Below are positions 39,617 to 50,750 of a stretch of 64,000 nt of DNA, in pieces; within the stretch, counting starts at the first letter, position 1; the number at the start of each line of letters is the position of its first letter. Made by a program: the position numbers and the translations under genes. Source of the DNA: Thermoanaerobaculia bacterium. Its GTDB lineage: Bacteria > Acidobacteriota > Thermoanaerobaculia > UBA5066. The stretch spans positions 1-64,000 of the forward strand of contig CAWFJJ010000005.1 in the NCBI GenBank assembly GCA_963816185.1, given 5' to 3'. The notes below the pieces were generated by a model, which was not told the origin of the DNA, did not search any database, and worked only from the letters and a program-made list of their open reading frames with translations.

Positions 39617-42196
39617 TCAACGCGCGGCGGATGGCGGCGTGATCAGCTTCTGGAACGCCGCATTGTCCTTCAGATCCACGAATTCCGGCTCCCGGGCGAT
39701 CTGGGTCGTGCCGAGGCCTTCCTCCACAGCTCTCTGGAGCAGGTCGAGCGCCTCCTTCTTCCTTCCGAGGGTGTTCTGGACGATCGCGGCGCGGAAGAGC
39801 ACGTTGCGGTCGTTCGGATCCAGCACCACGGCCTGGTTCACGGTCGCAAGCGCCTGCTCCGCCCGGCCCGTCCGGGCCTCGGCTTTCGCGACGTAGGTAA
39901 GCGTGGCCGCTTCGAGGGCGTGCACCTTGCGCTCCGTCTCGGCGAGCTCGAGCGCCTTCTCGTAGCTCGCCTTAGCCCGGTCCGCGAGGCCGGGCGCGAA
40001 CGTGTACGCGTCCCCGAGGTTGACGCGATAGCGCAGCTCGAACGGCGCGAGGTCCACGGCCTTTGCGAACGCGGCCGCGGCTTCGCCGGACTGTCCGAGC
40101 AGATACTCGCAGGTTCCGAGGTTCGACCAGGCGTTCGCGTCCGGGGGAGGAAGCGCCACGGCGCGCCGAAGAGCGGCCTCGGCTTCCGGGAGATTTCCGA
40201 GGCGCAGGAGCACCGCTCCCGCGTTGCTCTGGGCGCGCGCGCTCGTCGGGTTCTTGTCCACCGACAAACGGAAATACTCGAGCGACTTCGCGAGGTCCTT
40301 GCGCTCGAAGTAGAGCACGCCGAGCTTGTTGTACGAGGACCAGTACTCCGGGTTCATCCGGATCGCGTCGCGGTATGCAGCTTCGGCCTCCGCTTTTTCT
40401 CCCGCCTTCGAAAGCGCTTCTCCGAGGGCATTCGTCGTGTCCGCGGAAGGCGCCTGCCTCTCGATCGCGCGCCGGATCTCGACGACCGCCTCCTTCGGCT
40501 TGTTCATCGCCGTGAGAAGCTCGCCGAACGCGAGGTGGGCCTCGGGCGACCGATCGTCCAGCGCGATTGCGCGTTCGACGGCTGCGCGGGCCGCGTCGGC
40601 GGCGACAGGATCCTTCGTGGAGCGGTAGCGCTCGATCCAGGCCCGCCCGAGCGCGGACTGCACGAGAGCCGAGCGATCGCCGCCCGCGATCCCCTTCAGC
40701 AGGTCGATGGCCTGAAGCAGCGAGCGCGAATCGTCGTATCGGCGAAGGAGCCCGAGCGCCTTGTAGTACGGCTCGCCTTCGGACGGCCGGTTCGACGCCA
40801 CCGCGCCCGAGGTGGCCGCGCTGTCGAGGTGAACGCGGAGAGAGGCCACGATGCTCTCGACGAGGCGGTCCTCGACCGCGAACTGGTCGGACGCGGAGCC
40901 CTCGACTTCGTCGCCCGCGAGACGGTCGGGGGAGCCTGTGGCGAGGAGGCTGTACGTGAGGCGCACCCGGTCGCCCTGAATCCGGTAGACGCCCTGGAGC
41001 AGCAGGTTCGCGCCGCGGTCGCGCGCGTAGCGGGCGAGCTCCGAGTCGGGTGCTGCGGATCCCCCCGCGGTCATGACCATGATCTTCTGAACCTTCGTGA
41101 GCCGGGCCGCGACGCTCTCGGTGAGGCCGTCAACCAGGAGCTGTCCGTCGGGTCGGCCGGAGAGATCCTTGAAAGGCATGAGCGCGAGGAATTTTTCTTT
41201 CGGGAGAGCCCCGTCGCCCGCGCGCGTGCGAAGAAGGAATGCGATCGCGAGGGCGGCGGCCACGGCGCCGGCCGCGGCCAGCCAGCGCAGCGGGCGGCGG
41301 GTCGTTTGAACGGGCGCCATGGTCTGGACGGTGGAGCGGCTGGCGAACGCGCCGTCGAGCGCCGCCTTCACGTCGCCCACGTCCCGAAAGCGGCGCTCGA
41401 GGTCCTTCTCGAGAAGGCCGTGCAGGAGATCGCGCACGGAGGGTGGGGTCTCTGAGGGCAGGGCCTCCCAGTTCGGATCGTGGTCGAGGATCGCGACGAG
41501 AATGTCCGAAAGCGTCTCGCCGTCGAAGGCTTTCCGGCCGGCGAGCATTTCATACAGGAGGCATCCGAACGACCAGACGTCGCTCCGCACGTCGAGGGCG
41601 CGTCCGCGCGCCTGCTCGGGGCTCATGTAGCTGGCGGTCCCCAGAATGATGCCTTGGCGCGTGCCGTCCGCCGCGGCCGTGGGCGACTGCGAGATCTCGG
41701 GCGAGGCGTTCGAGCCGGCGAAGGCTTTCGCGAGGCCGAAGTCGAGGAGCTTCACTCGTCCCTCGGGCGTCACCTTGACGTTCGCGGGCTTGAGATCGCG
41801 ATGGAGGACGCCCTTGCCGTGCGCGGCCCCGAGAGCCTCGGCGATCTGACGGGCGATCGCGAGCGCTTCGGCGGCGGGAATCTGCCCACGGGCGATGCGT
41901 TGCTTGAGCGTCTCGCCGGCCACGAGCTCGAGGCAAAGGAAGTGTGTGCCGTCGACCTCCTCGAAGCTGTAGATCGCGCCGATGCCCGGGTGGTTCAGGG
42001 ACGCGAGGACGTGGGCCTCGCGCGTGAAGCGCGACAGGCGTTCGGCGTCGCTCGCGAACGCTTCGGGCAGGATCTTCAGGGCGACCTCGCGCTGGAGGCG
42101 CGTGTCGCGCGCGCGCCAGACCTCGCCCATGCCACCGGCTCCGAGAGGGCCGAGAATCTCGTAGGCCCCGAGGCGCGAGCCGGGTGAGACGCGCAT
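39617..42196 (-). CDS. membrane Ser/Thr kinase with TolB-N-like and TPR extracellular domains
   Basis: HRDLKPAN, DFGLAK, TM helix, LMPFKDLS, TPR repeats. Confidence 0.92.
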   Translation of the reverse strand: MRVSPGSRLGAYEILGPLGAGGMGEVWRARDTRLQREVALKILPEAFASDAERLSRFTREAHVLASLNHPGIGAIYSFEEVDGTHFLCLELVAGETLKQRIARGQIPAAEALAIARQIAEALGAAHGKGVLHRDLKPANVKVTPEGRVKLLDFGLAKAFAGSNASPEISQSPTAAADGTRQGIILGTASYMSPEQARGRALDVRSDVWSFGCLLYEMLAGRKAFDGETLSDILVAILDHDPNWEALPSETPPSVRDLLHGLLEKDLERRFRDVGDVKAALDGAFASRSTVQTMAPVQTTRRPLRWLAAAGAVAAALAIAFLLRTRAGDGALPKEKFLALMPFKDLSGRPDGQLLVDGLTESVAARLTKVQKIMVMTAGGSAAPDSELARYARDRGANLLLQGVYRIQGDRVRLTYSLLATGSPDRLAGDEVEGSASDQFAVEDRLVESIVASLRVHLDSAATSGAVASNRPSEGEPYYKALGLLRRYDDSRSLLQAIDLLKGIAGGDRSALVQSALGRAWIERYRSTKDPVAADAARAAVERAIALDDRSPEAHLAFGELLTAMNKPKEAVVEIRRAIERQAPSADTTNALGEALSKAGEKAEAEAAYRDAIRMNPEYWSSYNKLGVLYFERKDLAKSLEYFRLSVDKNPTSARAQSNAGAVLLRLGNLPEAEAALRRAVALPPPDANAWSNLGTCEYLLGQSGEAAAAFAKAVDLAPFELRYRVNLGDAYTFAPGLADRAKASYEKALELAETERKVHALEAATLTYVAKAEARTGRAEQALATVNQAVVLDPNDRNVLFRAAIVQNTLGRKKEALDLLQRAVEEGLGTTQIAREPEFVDLKDNAAFQKLITPPSAAR

Positions 42197-42229
42197 GATG
42201 CTGTCCCCGATTATCTACAATCAGGGCTC

Positions 42230-43678
42230 ATGTTCGTTCGCTGGACGCACGCCGCTCGTTCGCGCCTTTTCGTTCTCGGGGTTTCCGTCCTTTGCCAGGC
42301 TCTTTTCGCGCGGACCGCTCGCGGCTCCGGCACGGAGGCGTCGGCGCTGTGGGAGGCGTGGCCGCACACGGTCGAGATCTCGCCGTTCGCTCTCAAGCAC
42401 GAGGAGCTGCGCGCCCGGCTCGCCGCGATCGCCACGCGATATCCCGGGCTCTTCTCGATCGCGGAGGAAGGCGTTTCGGCCGAGGGACGGAAGATCCCGC
42501 TTCTTCTCGTCGGCTCCGGTCCGACGACGGTCCTCCTCTGGTCGCAGATGCACGGCGACGAGCCCACGGCGACCGTCGCGCTTCTCGACGTCCTCGAGCA
42601 GCTCGGAAAGACGAGAAAGACGCCCGAGACGGAGCGCCTTCTCTCGCGGCTCACGCTCGCGATCATCCCGATGCTCAATCCGGACGGGGCCGCGCGGACG
42701 CGCCGCACGAACGCGCAGGGCATCGACATCAACCGTGACGCGCTGCGCCTTCAAACGCCCGAAGGGCGCTTTCTCAAGGCCGTGCGCGACCGGCTGAAGC
42801 CCGCCGTCGGGTACAACCTCCACAACCACAGCCCGAATGTGACGGCGGGGAAGCACGGCAAGCAGGTCGCGATCTCGCTCCTGTCCGTTCCCTTCGACGA
42901 CGCGTTCACCGTGAACGAAGGGCGGAGGACGACCATGCGGATGGCCGTTCTCGTGCGGCGGCTTCTCGAGCCGTGGGCGAAGGATCGCGTGGCCCGCTAC
43001 GACATGGACTACACCGCGCGCGCCTTCGGCGATTCGATGACGCGCTGGGGCACGCCGACGCTTCTCATCGAGTCGGGAGGCTTCTTCGGGCCCGACGAGG
43101 CGAATACGCTCGTGCGCCTCAATTTCGTCGCGCTTCTCGGCACCCTTCACGCGCTCGCCGACGGCTCGCTCGCGAACGTGGACGCCAAGGCGTACGACTC
43201 GATTCCGCTGAACGCGCGGGACCGCCTTTTTGACGTCCTCGTGCGCAACGCGCGCGTCATCGGAGGCGGCGGCCTCCCGCCCTATCTCGCGGACGTAGGC
43301 CTGAACGTCGCGTCCACGCGCCCCGGCTTCTCGGGTCCCTCTCCACGCGGGATGCGCGCAGGCGTCCTCGAGGTGGGCGACCTCACGGACTTTCTCGGCA
43401 AGACCGAGGTCGATCTCGACGGCCGGCTTCTCGTCGTCGCCCCGCCGGGCGGCAGGGAAGGCTGGAAGAGGACGCTCGATGACCTGGCCCGGCGCGGCCT
43501 CGTGACGGCGGACGGTCTCCTCGCGCTTTCCGAGTCCGACCTGTCCACCGAGGCGAAGGCGTGGCTCGGCGGTACCGCGCCCCTCGCGCCGGGCTACGGC
43601 GGGGACTTCCTGGTCCTTCAGCCGGCGGCCCCGGGTCGCTTCCGCGTCGAGCGCCGGATTTCGCCTGTCGAGCCCTGA
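42230..43678 (+). CDS. M14 zinc carboxypeptidase
   Basis: SQMHGDE, PMLNPDG, DINRD, NLH, LIESG. Confidence 0.88.
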   Translation: MFVRWTHAARSRLFVLGVSVLCQALFARTARGSGTEASALWEAWPHTVEISPFALKHEELRARLAAIATRYPGLFSIAEEGVSAEGRKIPLLLVGSGPTTVLLWSQMHGDEPTATVALLDVLEQLGKTRKTPETERLLSRLTLAIIPMLNPDGAARTRRTNAQGIDINRDALRLQTPEGRFLKAVRDRLKPAVGYNLHNHSPNVTAGKHGKQVAISLLSVPFDDAFTVNEGRRTTMRMAVLVRRLLEPWAKDRVARYDMDYTARAFGDSMTRWGTPTLLIESGGFFGPDEANTLVRLNFVALLGTLHALADGSLANVDAKAYDSIPLNARDRLFDVLVRNARVIGGGGLPPYLADVGLNVASTRPGFSGPSPRGMRAGVLEVGDLTDFLGKTEVDLDGRLLVVAPPGGREGWKRTLDDLARRGLVTADGLLALSESDLSTEAKAWLGGTAPLAPGYGGDFLVLQPAAPGRFRVERRISPVEP

Positions 43679-43711
43679 GCCGCTCGCCGTGTCGCGACAG
43701 ACGTTCTTTCC

Positions 43712-44197
43712 TCAGCTTCCGACGAGGGCGGCCGCACGCGATGCGGCGCTGGCCTTCACCGGCGCACGGTCGCAGTAGCGCGCCCAGATCGTCGCGGCCG
43801 CAAGCAGGATGACACCCGCGGTCGTTGCGAGGAATACCGCCACCGGGCGCGTCTTCCGCACGGGCGCGACGGAGAGCGAGGAGATCAGGCGCTCGGCGCT
43901 CGTCGTCTCGCGTGACTCGGTCTCGAAGACGGCGTCGACCTCTCCGAACCGCACGGCCGTCCCCGCGGCGAGCGGCGCCTCCTTCACGCGGATGCCGCCG
44001 ACGCTCGTGCCGTTCGCGCTGCCGAGGTCGCGCACGACCCAGCCCTTCGGCGTCTTCTCCACGAGGGCGTGACGGCGGGAAACCGAGCGGCTCGCGAGGG
44101 AGACGTCGCAGTCCGGGTCGCGCCCGACGACCGCCTGCTGCTCGAAAACGTATCGGCGCGCCGTGCCCTCGTCGCGGACGGTCAGGACACCGGGCAT
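43712..44197 (-). CDS. FHA-domain membrane protein
   Basis: VGR, VSRRHA, DLGSANGT; C-terminal TM. Confidence 0.88.
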   Translation of the reverse strand: MPGVLTVRDEGTARRYVFEQQAVVGRDPDCDVSLASRSVSRRHALVEKTPKGWVVRDLGSANGTSVGGIRVKEAPLAAGTAVRFGEVDAVFETESRETTSAERLISSLSVAPVRKTRPVAVFLATTAGVILLAAATIWARYCDRAPVKASAASRAAALVGS

Positions 44198-44221
44198 GGA
44201 TCCTCTTCTCCTCGCGGAATC

Positions 44222-45601
44222 TTATGCCGGCCGCGGGACGGCGGGCGAATCGTCCTCGGCGACGGGGGGGCCGAGGACGAACGCGACGTCTCCGACGTTC
44301 GTGCCGGTCGGCCCCGGGGAGAACGCATCGCCGAGCGCCTCGAAGAACGGGCCGGTGTCGTTGTCGAGGAGCGCGTGCGCGGGATCGAGCCCCAACGCCT
44401 CGGCGCGCGCAAGCGTCGTGCCGTCGACGAAGGCGCCGGCGGCGTCCGGCTCGTTATCGACGCCGTCCGTCCCCGCGCAGAGGATCGCGATGCCGGGAAC
44501 CTCCGCGATCTCGCGCGCCGCGGCGAGCGCGACCTCGCGGTTTCGGCCGCCGTGGCCGCGACCCTTCACCGTGACGGTCGTCTCGCCTCCGAGGATCGTC
44601 ACGTGGCGCCTCGGGGTGAGCGCGGATCTCTGGCGTCTCAGGTTCCCTGCGGTCGCGCCCGCGTAGGCGAGATGGCCGCCCACGGCGCGCGCCTCGCCCG
44701 AGAGAAGCTCGTGCACGACGCGCGGCTCGATGCCGAGGCGCAGCGCCTCGGCGCGCGCGCCTTCGAGCGCCGTGCGGACGTCCGCGAGGAGCACGCTCCA
44801 GCGCGGCCCGCCCGGCCGCGTCGGCGCGGGCTCGTGCCCGTACGAGAGGTGGGCGCGCACGGACGGAGGCACGAGCGATGCGATCCGGTACCGCTCGAGC
44901 AGCGCGCGCGCCTCGAACGGCCGCGTCGGCCAGCCGAGCGTCGGACCCGACGCGACGAGATGCCAGCCGGCGTCGCCGAGGTCGGAAAGCACGAGCGTCA
45001 GGACGTCGGCGGCGCCCGCGGCAGCCGCGAGACGACCGCCCTTGACGCGCGACAGCGCGGCGCGAACGGCGTTCACGTCGGCGATCGGCGCGCCCGCCGC
45101 CAGGAGCAGCGCCGACGTCTTCGATTTGTCCTCGAGCGAGATTCCCGGCGCGGGCGCGCACAGAAGGCTCGAGCCCCCTCCCGATAGGAGGACGACGAAG
45201 AGATCGTCCTTGCCGAGGGAGAGGGCGAGCGAAAGGGCTGCCCTTCCCGCGACGAGGCTGCCCGCGTCGGGAAGGGGATGGCGCGCCGCGATCGTGCGCG
45301 CCGAGGGAGGCAGCGTCCGGAAGGGAGCGTCCTGAGGCGCGACGACGAGCATCTCGTCGATGCGCGAGCCGAGCGTCGTGTGCGCGGCGGCCGCCATCGG
45401 GACCGCAGCCTTGCCGACGGCCAGCACGGCCACGCGCGAGGGCGCGAAGACGAACTCGCGACGCGCGCGCGACGACACGGAGCGGACGAAGACGCCGGCC
45501 CCGCGGCGTCCGAGCGCCTCGGAAACGAGGACCGCCGGATCGACGGCCGCAACCGCAGCGCGATAGAGCTGCATGAGGATTTCGCGTGATTCCACGAGCA
45601 A
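44222..45601 (-). CDS. glycerate 2-kinase, DUF4147/MOFRL family
   Basis: GKAA, HPLPD, SGGGS, KGGRL, GGETTV, GGRN, GTDGVD, TGTNVGD. Confidence 0.9.
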   Translation of the reverse strand: MLVESREILMQLYRAAVAAVDPAVLVSEALGRRGAGVFVRSVSSRARREFVFAPSRVAVLAVGKAAVPMAAAAHTTLGSRIDEMLVVAPQDAPFRTLPPSARTIAARHPLPDAGSLVAGRAALSLALSLGKDDLFVVLLSGGGSSLLCAPAPGISLEDKSKTSALLLAAGAPIADVNAVRAALSRVKGGRLAAAAGAADVLTLVLSDLGDAGWHLVASGPTLGWPTRPFEARALLERYRIASLVPPSVRAHLSYGHEPAPTRPGGPRWSVLLADVRTALEGARAEALRLGIEPRVVHELLSGEARAVGGHLAYAGATAGNLRRQRSALTPRRHVTILGGETTVTVKGRGHGGRNREVALAAAREIAEVPGIAILCAGTDGVDNEPDAAGAFVDGTTLARAEALGLDPAHALLDNDTGPFFEALGDAFSPGPTGTNVGDVAFVLGPPVAEDDSPAVPRPA

Positions 45602-45675
45602 CGCAGTCTATCGAAGGTGCTTCGCGGGAGTAAGATTGTTCCTATGCCGCGTCCGGCGGCGCAGGGAGACTCATC

Positions 45676-45951
45676 ATGGCACGTACACGGGTTGGCGACA
45701 TTCTCGGGTCGATGCGCGAAGGCCTCTCCGATGCCGGCGAGAAGGGGCAGGATCTCGCGCGGGACGTGGCGGAGCGCGTGGAAGACGTCCTCGACGAAGC
45801 GGGAGTTCAGGGAAAGCGCATTCGCAAGGAGCTCGCGCGCCGGTGGAGGACGGTCGATCGCGTCGGCCGCGAGAACGCCTTCGTCATGGCGATCGCCGCG
45901 CTCGGGGTCGGGATCGTCGTCGGCTACCTCCTCACGCGCGACGACGACTAA
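45676..45951 (+). CDS. small tail-anchored membrane protein (DUF883/ElaB-like)
   Basis: Helical body with a C-terminal AIAALGVGIVVGYLL. Confidence 0.55.
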   Translation: MARTRVGDILGSMREGLSDAGEKGQDLARDVAERVEDVLDEAGVQGKRIRKELARRWRTVDRVGRENAFVMAIAALGVGIVVGYLLTRDDD

Positions 45952-45977
45952 CGGAACCGACGTTTCCTTCGCAGACG

Positions 45978-46238
45978 CTAGGCGAAGTGGTCGGCGTTGA
46001 TCTGCTGGTAGTGCTTCCACTTCTCCGGGATGGTCTCTTCCGTGAAGATGGCCTTGACGGGGCACACCGGCTCGCAGTTCCCGCACTGAATGCACGTGTT
46101 CGGGTCGATGTAGAGCATCGTCGCCTCGGCGAACCCGTCCTCGTCCTTCTTCGGGTGGATGCAGTCCACGGGGCAGACCTCGACGCAGGCGGTGTCCTTC
46201 GTCCCGATGCACGGCTCGGCGATGATGTACATGCCCAT
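45978..46238 (-). CDS. ferredoxin (7Fe/8Fe type)
   Basis: CIGTKDTACVEVCPVDC and CIQCGNCEPVCP. Confidence 0.92.
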   Translation of the reverse strand: MGMYIIAEPCIGTKDTACVEVCPVDCIHPKKDEDGFAEATMLYIDPNTCIQCGNCEPVCPVKAIFTEETIPEKWKHYQQINADHFA

Positions 46239-46334
46239 GCGGAGGATCCTCCCCGGCGCGCGAGATTAGCACCGGGCGGTTGACGCGAGGCGGGCGCGCC
46301 ACGGAAGATCCGCGGACCGCCGACAGGAGGACTC

Positions 46335-47732
46335 GTGGATCTCGCCGAACGACTTCGGGTTCTCCGGACCGGATTCACCCGGTCCTTCTGGGTTGCAAAT
46401 TTCCTGGAGCTCTTCGAGCGCCTCGCGTACTACGGCAGCAAGGCCGTTCTCTCGATCTACATCTCCGACCACGTGGGTCTCGGCCCGGCGATGGCGACGG
46501 TACTGGCGGGGAGCGTCTTCAACACGCTCCTCTATCTCCTCCCGCCGCTCGCCGGCACGGTCGTGGACCGCTGGGGATTCCGGAAGAGCCTCGCGCTCTG
46601 CTTCGCGATCTTCTGCGTGGGCTACCTGCTGATCGGCCTCGCCGGTCTCCCGGCGGGCAGGCCCCTCGTCGCGGCCCTCGGCGGACCGAAGATCTATACG
46701 CTCTTCGCGCTCGTCGTCACCGCGATCGGCGGCTCGCTCATCAAGCCGAGCGTCGTCGGCACCGTCGCGCGGACGACGGCGCAGGACACGAAGGCCCTCG
46801 GCTACTCGATCTATTACATGCTCGTGAACATCGGCGGCGCGATCGGCCCGTTCCTCGCGGTGCCGGTCCGCGAGAACCTCGGCATCTCGTACGTCCTCGT
46901 CATGTCCTCGGCGACGACGTTTCTCCTGCTCGTCGGAACGCTCCTGTTCTTCAAGGAGCCGCCGCGGCCCGCCGACGCGCCGGAGCCGACCTCGTTCCGC
47001 AAGGTCCTCGGGGACATGGTGAAGGTCTTCGCGAACGCGCGCTTCATCACGTTCCTCGTCATCTTCTCCGGATTCTGGGTGATGTTCTGGCAGGTCTTCT
47101 ACTCGCTGCCGTTCTACGTGCGCGACGTCCTCCATTTCGCGCGCTTCGAGATCATCGAGACGGTGGACGCCTGGACCATCATCCTGATCACCGTGGCCGC
47201 CACGGCGATCGCGCAGAAGCTCAAACCGGTCGTCGCGATGACGATCGGGTTCGCGCTCGCGGCATCCTCGTGGTTCGTGATGGTCTATACGCCTCCCGCG
47301 CTCGCGCAGGTCCTTTCGTGGCCCGTCGTCTTCGTGATGAACCTCGTCCTTCGGCTCCTCGCGCTCGTCGGTCTGCCCGTGACCGTGGTCGACCTCACGC
47401 CGTCCATCGCGCCGACGGCGCTCGGCCTCATGGTGTTCGCGATCGGGGAAGGGCTGCAGGCGCCGCGCTACTACGAGTACGTCGCGGACCTCGCGCCGAA
47501 GGACCAGGTCGGCACGTACATGGGTTTCGCCTTCCTGCCGGTTGCGATCGGGACGTTCTTCGCGGGTCTGGTCGCCGGGCCTCTCGTCGAGCACTTCGTC
47601 GAGGGCTACAAAAGAGGCACGGTCGCGCATCCCGAAGGGATGTGGCTCGTCGTCGGGGGCATCGGCATCGTGGCCACGATCCTCATGCTCCTCTACGACC
47701 GGATCTTCGCGCCCAGGAGGGCGGCCGCCTGA
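46335..47732 (+). CDS. MFS transporter, POT-like
   Basis: ELFERLAYYG, KP, YMLVNIGG; many TM helices. Confidence 0.88.
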   Translation: MDLAERLRVLRTGFTRSFWVANFLELFERLAYYGSKAVLSIYISDHVGLGPAMATVLAGSVFNTLLYLLPPLAGTVVDRWGFRKSLALCFAIFCVGYLLIGLAGLPAGRPLVAALGGPKIYTLFALVVTAIGGSLIKPSVVGTVARTTAQDTKALGYSIYYMLVNIGGAIGPFLAVPVRENLGISYVLVMSSATTFLLLVGTLLFFKEPPRPADAPEPTSFRKVLGDMVKVFANARFITFLVIFSGFWVMFWQVFYSLPFYVRDVLHFARFEIIETVDAWTIILITVAATAIAQKLKPVVAMTIGFALAASSWFVMVYTPPALAQVLSWPVVFVMNLVLRLLALVGLPVTVVDLTPSIAPTALGLMVFAIGEGLQAPRYYEYVADLAPKDQVGTYMGFAFLPVAIGTFFAGLVAGPLVEHFVEGYKRGTVAHPEGMWLVVGGIGIVATILMLLYDRIFAPRRAAA

Positions 47733-47747
47733 CGCGGCCCTGACGCC

Positions 47748-50740
47748 GTGTTTCTGCTCGCGCTCCTGGCGGGACTCGCGGCGCTCGGCCTCGGCGCTTG
47801 GCTTCGCGAGCGCGTCGCGCGCGACGCGGAGCGGTCGCACGGCTGGAATGGGAAGTCAGGTCTCTCAGAGAAGAAGTCCGGAAGATTTCTGCTCCCTCTC
47901 AGGCCGCACCGGTTGCCTCGTCCCCTGCTGACACATCGCAACGGGAATCGTCCGGAATTTCTTCGAAGGGGGAAGAGGGGCTCGAGCAGGCCGCGGCCGC
48001 CTCGCCCGCGAGTGACGTTGCCGAGCAGGCCGCGCCTCCGGTCGCATTCCCGATCCCCCTGGTCGCATTCACTCCGCCAAATATACCCCCTTCTAAGAAA
48101 TCACCGACGCGGCTGCTGCGGCGCCGCCCATCGACTCCGCCCTTCCGCTGCGAGAGGGAGCAGAAAAACCCCGTCGCCCCTGCGGCGCGCGTCGACTGGG
48201 AGAGCTTCGTCGGCGTGAAGCTCTTCTCGTGGGTCGCCGGAGTCTTCCTGACGATCGGGGCGGTCCTTTTCCTGCGCTACTCGATCGACCACGGGTGGCT
48301 GTCCCCGCCGGTCCAGATGGCGATCGGCCTTCTCGCGGGGACTGTCCTCCTCGTCGTCTGCGAGCTCAGGGCCGCGCGCCGTTACGCCGTCACGGCGAAC
48401 GCTCTCGACGCGGCGGGCCTCGCGATTCTCTTCGCCACGGTCTTCGCCGGGCACACGCGGTGGAACCTCATCGGCGTCGTCCCCGCCTTCCTCCTGATGG
48501 CCGTCATCGCGGCGCTCGGCGTCGCCCTCGCGCTGCGGCGCGACTCGCTTTTCATCGCGGCGCTCGGGCTCCTCGGCGGGTTCGCGACGCCCGCGCTTCT
48601 GTCGACTGGCGAGAACCGCGCGGTCGAGCTCTTCTCGTACCTCCTGATCCTGAATGCGGGGCTCGCCTGGGTGGCGCTCCGGAAGCGGTGGGCTCTTCTC
48701 TCGGTCGCGAGCCTGGTCTTGACGACGTGCTACCAGTGGGGCTGGGTCGTCCGCTTTCTCGCGGGCGAGAACCTGGGCCTTGCGGCCGGGATCTTCCTCG
48801 TGTTTCCGCTCGTCTTCGCCGCGGCCCCGGCCCTCGCGAGCCGCGAGCCGGGCTCGGGCGAAGACGTCTTCGGAAGGACGGCGGCCGTGGCGGCGGCGCT
48901 GCCCTCGCTCTTTGCGCTCTACGTCGCCGGCGTCGGCGCATACGGAGAGCACTGGGGGCTCCTGTTCGGCTTCCTCGCCCTTCTCGACGCGGGGCTCTTC
49001 GCGCTCGCCGTGTTTCGCGGACCGGCTCTCCTGCACGCGGTCTCGGGGATCGCGACGCTCGCCGTCCTCGGCGCGTGGTTCGTGAGGTCGATGACGCCGG
49101 ATCTCATGGAGCCGGGCCTGACCGCGGCCGTGGGTTTCTCTCTCTTCTACCTCTTCGCGCCCGCCCTGGCCGGATCCCTCAGGGAGAATCCGCCGCTCGC
49201 GGCGCGTCTCGCGGTGCTCGGCCTCCTCGGGCACGTCCTGCTCCTCTTCGTCGCGACGCAAAGGAGCCTGTCTGTTCCACCTGACCCGCGAGCCGCGGGC
49301 GCCCTCGCGCTCGTCACCGTCGCTGCGGGGCTCGCGGCGCGGCGCGGCGGAGCGTCGGAGGTGCACGCGGGCGCTCTCGCGCTCGGCCAGGGCGCCGTCC
49401 TCGCGTTCGCCCTCGTCGCGACACGCGCGCCGTGGCCCACGGCCGCGGTCGCGGCGGCAGTCGCGCTCGCTCTGTGGGGCGTGGGGGTCTGGGTCCTGGA
49501 CGGCCGGCGGGAATTCGCGCGGGCGGCGGTCGTCGGTCTCCTGCTCGCCGAGGTCGCGGCGATCACGGCGTCGCTCGCACGCGGCGCGCCGTCGGTCCCG
49601 GTCCATCTCACCGCGCTCGCGCTCTTCCTCGTGGCCCTCTTCTCGGTGGCGGCCGCGTCCGAGATGCCGAACGTGTCTCTCCTCGGCGGAGCGCTCGCGG
49701 TCCTGGCCGCCTACGTCTTCAGGCTCGGGCCGCCGCGCCACGACAGCTGGGATCAGGCGCTCGTCCTGGGAGCAGGCGTCTGGGTCCTCTGCCTGGCCCA
49801 TCCCGTTGCCCTCGGCAGGCGCGCCGCGCGCTCGTCGGAGCCTTATCTCCTGGCGGTTCTCGTGAGCGTGGCGCTCTTCCCTCTCTTTCGAGTTGGGCTC
49901 GAGGACGGCGGCTTCCACCGCGTCATCGGCCTCCTTCCGCTCGCTCTCGCGCTCGGGCTGTCGGCGCTCCTCGCGCGCCTCCTGACGCTCGGCGTGCCGC
50001 CGGAGGAGAATCGCGGGCGTCTCGCTCTCGTCGCCGGGGCGGCGCTCGCGTTCGTGACCGTCGCGATCCCGCTCCAGTTCGAGCGCGAATGGCTGACGCT
50101 GGGCTGGGCGCTTCTCGGCGCGGCCCTCGCGTGGCTGTGGGGACGCATCCCGCACCGCGCGCTCGTCCCCTGGTCTCTGGCGCTCTTCGGAGCCGCGTTC
50201 GTACGTCTCGCGTTGAACCCCGCCGTCCTGACCTATCACGCGCGCACGCCGACGCCGATCTGGAACTGGTACCTCGCCGTTTACGGCGTGGCGGCCGCGG
50301 CGTTCTTCGTCGCCTTCCGGCTCTTCGGCCGGACGGGTCCGGTTCCGTACCGTGCCGCCGTCCGCCTGCTGCCGGCGGGCGGCACGGCGCTCCTCTTCGT
50401 CCTCTTGAACCTCGAGATCGCCGACTTCTTCGCCGAGGGCCGCGTCCCGTCGTTCAACGTCCTCTCGTCGTCCTTGTCCGAGGGGCTCGCATACACGCTT
50501 TCGTGGGCGCTCTTCGCGATCGCGCTCCTCGTCGCGGGTCTCCTCGCCAGGAGCCGCCCGACCCGCATCGCGGCGATCGTCCTCCTCGTGGTCACGATCC
50601 TGAAGTGCTTCCTTTTCGACCTCGCGCAGCTCGGGGGCCTGTACCGCGTCGCCTCGTTCGTGGGCCTCGCGGCGTGCCTTGCGGCCGTCGCGCTGCTGCT
50701 TCAACGTTTCGTCCTCGCGCGGAGCGAATCGAGCCCGTGA
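47748..50740 (+). CDS. DUF2339-type large membrane protein (frameshift near 5' end)
   Basis: WESFVG..LRYSIDHGWL..GGFATPALLSTG..KCFLFDL..LYRVASFVGL. Confidence 0.82.
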
Positions 50741-50750
50741 ACGTCCTCGG

